In this document: one piece after another, positions 57,572 through 62,499 of the stretch
How positions within the stretch are numbered: position 1 is the stretch's first letter
How the letters are laid out: each line of letters begins with the position of its first letter
DNA from: a virus
Taxonomy: Duplodnaviria; Caudoviricetes
Strand: one strand, 5' to 3'
DNA: 62,499 nt
Virus record (IMG/VR): IMGVR_UViG_3300049235_000005
Location: 1 to 62,499 of that record
The notes under the pieces: generated by a model
What the model was told of the DNA's origin: nothing
The model's database searches: none
The model's input: only the letters and a program-made list of their open reading frames with translations
Made by a program: the position numbers and the translations under genes

Positions 57572-57768
57572 AAATCATCGCAAATCTTGACGGTTGGCCT
57601 TCTCGGTTAACTTTTATACCAGAGAACGATGACGACAGGGCTTTCAATGCGTTACTTAGGGACAGGTTTCACCCCGAATACATTGAGGTTCAGTTTGAAG
57701 AATACGACGACAAACAGGAACACGGTGAAGGCGTTCTGAGCATTGAAGAAGTCTGTAACTACACATGA
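57568..57768 (+). CDS. Small acidic hypothetical protein
   Basis: ATGA overlaps on both sides. Confidence 0.6.
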   Translation: MKIIANLDGWPSRLTFIPENDDDRAFNALLRDRFHPEYIEVQFEEYDDKQEHGEGVLSIEEVCNYT

Positions 57769-58604
57769 GTGATCAATTCTTCATCTATCTCTTTGCCGAC
57801 TTCGCCCGCCAGTACCCACTCAGCGGCGTGGCCCACCGAGTCGTGTTTGACAACGTCGAATACCTACCCTCCACCAGTATCTCCCACACGCCGCCCACTT
57901 ACTCCAGCGATCCGTCACAGGCGCGAGTGACAGTGCGACTACGCGACAACCTCGATGTGGCAATCAACTACATCTCGCACCCGCCGCCGAGTGAGACGAG
58001 CTTACGAATCTTCGAGGTACTCGCCACTGAGGTTGACGGTAATCGTCTCATCGCCACTGAAACCCGCGCCCACTGGGCCGGGAAGATTGTCCGCGTCGCG
58101 TGGCGAGACTCCTTTCGCGCCGTGGAGATCATGTGTAAGACGCGACAGGAGATTCATTTTACCCGGGAAGCGAATACCGAATCACTCAACCCGCTGTGCA
58201 GGTTCCACCACGGTGACGGGCGGTGTCCGGTGAACATTGAAGACTTCAAAGAGACAGTGACAGTAGTGGACATCAGTGCTGACATTAGCGAGCCAACGAT
58301 AGAAGTGAGTGGGTTGACCCAGTCCGACACTTACTACAAGGCAGGGATGATTCGACTAGCCGACGGCGACATGCGAACCGTGGATCTCGCAGTCACGGAC
58401 AGTGGCAACAAAGTCCTCACCATCAGTCGCGCGTTCCCGTCAACCTCGGTGCAAATCGGCGATACCGTTGACGTATTCGCTGGCGACGATCTCACACAGG
58501 AGACGTGCAGCGTGGTGTTTGCCGCCGCGACTGGTAGTGGCCTCGCGTGGGGTGGATGGAAGCTGACGCCGAACCGTGATTATCAGAAGGACGGGATTCG
58601 ATGA
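57765..58604 (+). CDS. BR0599/DUF2163-like baseplate hub (lambda gpL-related) protein
   Basis: WAGKIV...CRFHHGDGRCPVN...GDTVDVFAGDDLTQETC...GGW..TP. Confidence 0.8.
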   Translation: MSDQFFIYLFADFARQYPLSGVAHRVVFDNVEYLPSTSISHTPPTYSSDPSQARVTVRLRDNLDVAINYISHPPPSETSLRIFEVLATEVDGNRLIATETRAHWAGKIVRVAWRDSFRAVEIMCKTRQEIHFTREANTESLNPLCRFHHGDGRCPVNIEDFKETVTVVDISADISEPTIEVSGLTQSDTYYKAGMIRLADGDMRTVDLAVTDSGNKVLTISRAFPSTSVQIGDTVDVFAGDDLTQETCSVVFAAATGSGLAWGGWKLTPNRDYQKDGIR

Positions 58605-61405
58605 GCGTCCAGTTCGCGCTGATTGCGGCGCAAATGTACTTGTCGATCATCACGCAGAAGCGTCCGAAGAAGATGACGTTTCAGGATCTCCTTGACTCTA
58701 ACAAAGGCGACGAAACCCGGCCCATCCCCTACATCCGGGGCCGCTGGAAAACCAAGCCGCAACGCATCTGGCTAGGCGACTTTTCCGCTCGTGCGGTAGA
58801 GCGCGACTCCGTCTGGACGGATTACGTGTTCTTTGGCCCGGTGCTCGCCACCCTACTCGACACCATCACCGTCGGTTATCGCTACTACGTCGGCCAGGGG
58901 TTCGCGCTGACCTGGGGGCCGATCAATCGTGTGCATCAGGTTTACGTGCAGGATTTGCCGTGTGCGGTTGCGCCAACGGTGGACAACGCGGGCGGGTCGT
59001 TGTTACTGGATGACCCCAGCCTGTTCGGTGGCGATCAACCTCCCGGTGGTGGGGGTGTTTATGGTGTGTGCGATGTGATCGCAGGCAACTACACCCAAGG
59101 GCGCAACGCCTATCTCGCCTCAGTGGAGGGTAACGTGCCTGCGCTGCATGGCGTGGCGGCGTTGATCATCCGTGGTCGCAGCGGGTTTACTGAGTCGGGC
59201 TACTTTGCCGCGAACGCGCTGGAACTCCGCGAGTGGCAAGTGGAGCTAATGGCGTGGCCCGACGTACTGAACACAGGCGACGCGCAGCTCCCCGACCAGT
59301 CCTACAACCGTATCCACTCCATGTACGAGTGGGCCACGGCGGCAGACTACGGGGCCGAGTACCCGGCTGCAAATATCCACCTGCCCAGCTGGCGGGCAGC
59401 GGCAGCGACTTGCTACGACGACGGTCTAGGGTTCTCAGGTGAGATTAACACTGGCGGGAATGTCGGCGAAGTGTTTGATCAGTTGCGGGCGTCAGTGGAC
59501 GCCGAGGTCTACGAGCACCCGCGTGACGGGTTGAAGATTAAACTCATCCGCAAGGACTACTCGCTACCTACCGTCAAGGTATTAGACGAGTCCAACGTCA
59601 GTACCGTGGACGAGTACACCCCCGGCGACAACGCCGACACCTTTAACCGCGTGACGCTCAACTACATCAACGCGGCAAACAACTATCAGCCCCGGCCAGC
59701 GGTCTATGAAGACCCGGCTAATTTCCACTTACAGCGACGGGTGAGTAGTCGCGAGCTAAGCTATCCCGGTGTCGCGTCGCCCACTTTGGCCCAGAAGCTC
59801 GTCACCCGCGATGGCCGCGCGCTGGCTCAGCCCTTCCCGCCGCTGAACCTGACCGCCAACGACGATGGCGAAGAACTATGGCCCGGCGAGGTCTACCACT
59901 TCCAGTGGCGTGATCCATTAGTCCGCAAGGTGTTTCGGGTTCACTCGCGCACACCGGGGGTGAGCTATGACGGTGAGCGGAACTTTAAGCTGACCTCCAC
60001 CGAAGACCAGTACAGCATCGGCATGTCGGTGTTCGGCGCACCAGCGGGCACCGATGCGACCAATCCGGCTGACATCTGGGCCACCGCGCCACCATCGGCA
60101 GCATGGGACAGTGTGGCAATCCCCGCCAACGGCCTGCGCATGGACATCACCACCGGGCTGTCCGGTGAACTGGAGAGCTTCATCACTGGAGCAATTGAGT
60201 TTGGAGTCTACGGCGGTGGGCAGTACGCGCGCATCTACCTGACCTACACGCCTGTCGGTGGGCCAGCGGGCACACAAACCCTCACGCCACTGAAACTCTC
60301 ACCCGACACTGACAACAAGGCGCAGTTTACCTGGCCCTCGCTGACAGCGGGCACTTATGAGTTCTGCGTGCAGACCTACTCGCTCACCGGAGCGACGAAC
60401 GGGGTGAAGGTGTGTGCCGACACGGTAGCGGCGAGTTTTAGTGTTTCGCCCAGCGCGTCGGAGAGTCCCAGCGACAGCGCAAGTCCCTCGCCCAGTTCAT
60501 CCGAGTCGCCGTCAGCGAGTGCGAGCACTAGCCCGTCATCTTCCACGTCGCCTTCGCTAAGTCCGTCAGCGTCAGTCAGCGCGTCGCAGTCTCCATCGTC
60601 GTCGGCCTCACCAAGTTCATCGCAGTCGCCCAGTGCCAGTGTTTCGCCGAGTAGTAGCACCAGCCCGTCGTCCAGTATCAGCGCGTCGGTTAGTCCGTCT
60701 TCTAGCGTCTCGCCCAGTCCTGCGCCGATTCCCGCAGTACTGGAGCTACGGGCGGATGCTGGGCTAAGCGGGTTAAGCGACGGCGATCCAATCACCACAT
60801 GGCTAGACCAAAGCGGTAACGCGCGTCACGGTACGGGCGTAGCTGATGGCGGGGTTTCTAAACCGATTTTTAAACAGACAGGTGGCCCCGGTGGGCGACC
60901 ATGTGTGCAATTCTTGGGTGATACACTGAATGCTTTCAACCGCACTGGATTTAGCTTGGCGTCAAGTATCCCGGTATCGAACTATACGATCCTTGCGGTG
61001 GTTAAGGCCGCGTCGGGATCATCTCCATATACGATCACTGGTGGTGGGGGAGGCTGTTTTCAGTATCGAATCGATCCACTAAAACAGAATGCGGTTAGAG
61101 AGAATCAAGCGAATCTCGGCTCAAGCTCAACAGATCTCTCTACGGCGGTATTTCAATTCATTGCTGTCACCTACGACGGTACGACTTTGCAGTTCTATCT
61201 TAGCGGTGTCGGCGACGGTACGGTGACTATCGCTAGTACGCAAACCAATCCCATCTCGAATGTCTTCGGTTGGAACGGGGCAAGCTTCTCGGATCGAGAG
61301 GAATACATCGGCGACGCCTGTATGATTAAAATCTGCGATTTCATACTGAACCCAACTGAACTGGTAAGCGAACGGGCTGACGTGCTCGCTGACTGGGGTG
61401 TATGA
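58601..61405 (+). CDS. Central tail/host-specificity protein (Phage-tail_3-like) with Ser/Pro linker and C-terminal LamG-like domain
   Basis: RPIPYIRG, LFGGDQPPGGGG, KLIRKDY, NRVTLNY; SP tract about 60434-60722; WLDQSGNARH...IAVTYDGTTLQFYLSG. Confidence 0.85.
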   Translation: MSVQFALIAAQMYLSIITQKRPKKMTFQDLLDSNKGDETRPIPYIRGRWKTKPQRIWLGDFSARAVERDSVWTDYVFFGPVLATLLDTITVGYRYYVGQGFALTWGPINRVHQVYVQDLPCAVAPTVDNAGGSLLLDDPSLFGGDQPPGGGGVYGVCDVIAGNYTQGRNAYLASVEGNVPALHGVAALIIRGRSGFTESGYFAANALELREWQVELMAWPDVLNTGDAQLPDQSYNRIHSMYEWATAADYGAEYPAANIHLPSWRAAAATCYDDGLGFSGEINTGGNVGEVFDQLRASVDAEVYEHPRDGLKIKLIRKDYSLPTVKVLDESNVSTVDEYTPGDNADTFNRVTLNYINAANNYQPRPAVYEDPANFHLQRRVSSRELSYPGVASPTLAQKLVTRDGRALAQPFPPLNLTANDDGEELWPGEVYHFQWRDPLVRKVFRVHSRTPGVSYDGERNFKLTSTEDQYSIGMSVFGAPAGTDATNPADIWATAPPSAAWDSVAIPANGLRMDITTGLSGELESFITGAIEFGVYGGGQYARIYLTYTPVGGPAGTQTLTPLKLSPDTDNKAQFTWPSLTAGTYEFCVQTYSLTGATNGVKVCADTVAASFSVSPSASESPSDSASPSPSSSESPSASASTSPSSSTSPSLSPSASVSASQSPSSSASPSSSQSPSASVSPSSSTSPSSSISASVSPSSSVSPSPAPIPAVLELRADAGLSGLSDGDPITTWLDQSGNARHGTGVADGGVSKPIFKQTGGPGGRPCVQFLGDTLNAFNRTGFSLASSIPVSNYTILAVVKAASGSSPYTITGGGGGCFQYRIDPLKQNAVRENQANLGSSSTDLSTAVFQFIAVTYDGTTLQFYLSGVGDGTVTIASTQTNPISNVFGWNGASFSDREEYIGDACMIKICDFILNPTELVSERADVLADWGV

Positions 61406-62499
61406 GTCTAATTTACCAGACAACCCGACTGAGCTTTAACCCTGCCCTCTACTACCGTACCGACATGGTTGGCCCAGCGGCAAACGGCGACGTAATCCCC
61501 GACCTGTCCGGCAACAGCCTCCACGGTACGCTGGGACTGGCGGTCGGCACAGCAGGTGGGCCGGGAGTGTCGCCGGGTGATGGAATTGTAGCGTTCCAAC
61601 TCCCCTACGGCCACCCGTCGCCAATTGAAACCGACGACGCCAGCCGCGAATTCTGCGGGCATAACTTCAACGGTGGGCCGGATACTGAGACTTCGCGTAT
61701 CTACCGGGCGAGTGATCCATTGATTGAGCCTTCGGGTGATTTCACCGCCGACGCGTGGATTCGCCCTTCCCGCTCCGACATGGGCCTCGCCTTCAACGGC
61801 ACCACTGGGCAGCAGTTAGTGTTTAAGGTCAACTCCTGCGGTATCTACGTTGACACCTTCACCCACCTTGCCGGGTTCTGCTTCGACTCCGCAGGCGGGT
61901 TCTGGAAGGTGGTGTGCCCGGAGAGTTTTGTCGTAGGCCAATCCTACTACGTAGCAGTGGTGAGGTTTGGTAACGCACTGGCACTCTACGTCAACGCGCA
62001 ACTCCGCGCCCTGACCACCATCACCTCCGGCCTACCTACTCGTGACACTGGGGAAGAGTTTCGTGTCCACCCGCAGCAGATCACCCCAGCCGACTGTCGC
62101 TATGACGAGGTGGCGTTTCAGCTCAACGCGCTCTCCGGGGCTGACATCCTGACGATCTACGAAGCCGCGTTACTGGAGTTGACCATGCGCGGCGAGTCAA
62201 ACATCCGCACGACGGCGGTGATTAACGGCACCGATGAGCCTGACCCGGCAGCTTACCCGATTCGGCACAACTGGGATAGACCTGTGGTTGAGCGGTTCAG
62301 GTGGCGTACGTCGGTGTTTAAGCCAGTGGACGGGAGTACCGGGTTACGTCGTCAACGCTCCGCTCCACGGCGACAGGTGGAATACACCCACCTGCTCTAC
62401 AGCGAGAGGTTACGGCAGCAGTTTGAAGCGCGGAGTTTCGCAGGTCGCACGGCCATCGTGCAGTTTGAGCCCGACAAGGTGCGGCTATCATCGCTTAAC
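61402..62499 (+). CDS. Minor tail/baseplate protein, N-terminal part (LamG/ConA-like domain); continues across the circular junction into 16..1263 (about 740 aa in total)
   Basis: ATG at 61402 overlaps the upstream stop (ATGA); open to the window end. DLSGNSLHG...FTADAWIRP...YYVAVVRFGNALALYVN...YDEVAF is LamG-like; in frame with the ORF at 16. Confidence 0.85.
   Translation, partial: MSLIYQTTRLSFNPALYYRTDMVGPAANGDVIPDLSGNSLHGTLGLAVGTAGGPGVSPGDGIVAFQLPYGHPSPIETDDASREFCGHNFNGGPDTETSRIYRASDPLIEPSGDFTADAWIRPSRSDMGLAFNGTTGQQLVFKVNSCGIYVDTFTHLAGFCFDSAGGFWKVVCPESFVVGQSYYVAVVRFGNALALYVNAQLRALTTITSGLPTRDTGEEFRVHPQQITPADCRYDEVAFQLNALSGADILTIYEAALLELTMRGESNIRTTAVINGTDEPDPAAYPIRHNWDRPVVERFRWRTSVFKPVDGSTGLRRQRSAPRRQVEYTHLLYSERLRQQFEARSFAGRTAIVQFEPDKVRLSSLN
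62374..62499. repeat. 126-bp terminal direct repeat, right copy
   Basis: Identical to 13-138. Confidence 0.97.

Noticed and set aside
58601-62499. Diversity-generating retroelement targeting the tail domains
   Set aside because: No reverse transcriptase and no TR/VR repeat pair seen
1-62499. tRNA genes or stop-codon recoding
   Set aside because: No cloverleaf with T-loop consensus noticed; standard code gives full-length core genes ending in all three stop codons

Overview
The window is an apparently complete, circularly assembled ~62.36 kb siphovirus-type (Caudoviricetes) phage genome; bases 13-138 are repeated exactly at 62374-62499. Modules: putative lysis/membrane genes and a stand-alone PAS protein (1.3-6.9 kb); a leftward DNA-modification, recombination and replication arm (Mom-like GNAT, SNF2 helicase-DNA methyltransferase fusion, beta clamp, RusA, SSB, AAA ATPase, PD-(D/E)XK nuclease, Pif1-like helicase, Lar); HTH regulators, a RecA-fold helicase and a TGCCA-rich putative origin (23-29 kb); terminase; and head and tail genes (43-62 kb, wrapping to 1.26 kb). 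I saw no integrase, tRNA, CRISPR array or recognisable endolysin. The most striking feature is a candidate phage-encoded mucin-type protein O-glycosylation system. Two glycosyltransferases carry polypeptide GalNAc-transferase (GT27)-like motifs (DAHC, WG..ELx.K.W.sGG, AHxFR); one is fused to a SUEL-like lectin and a SAM methyltransferase, the other to a second GT-like domain. They sit between terminase and portal beside a 935-aa mucin-like protein, and at least six further late-region proteins, including the tail tube, carry codon-scrambled (Ser-X)n/Ser-Pro tracts, four ending in a shared ...SASxSPSA-stop tag. Other points of note: about ten leaderless-type promoters, several candidate structured RNAs, a heme-type PAS protein and a secreted beta-helix enzyme in the endolysin position. 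All family assignments come from motif recognition by eye, not database searches.
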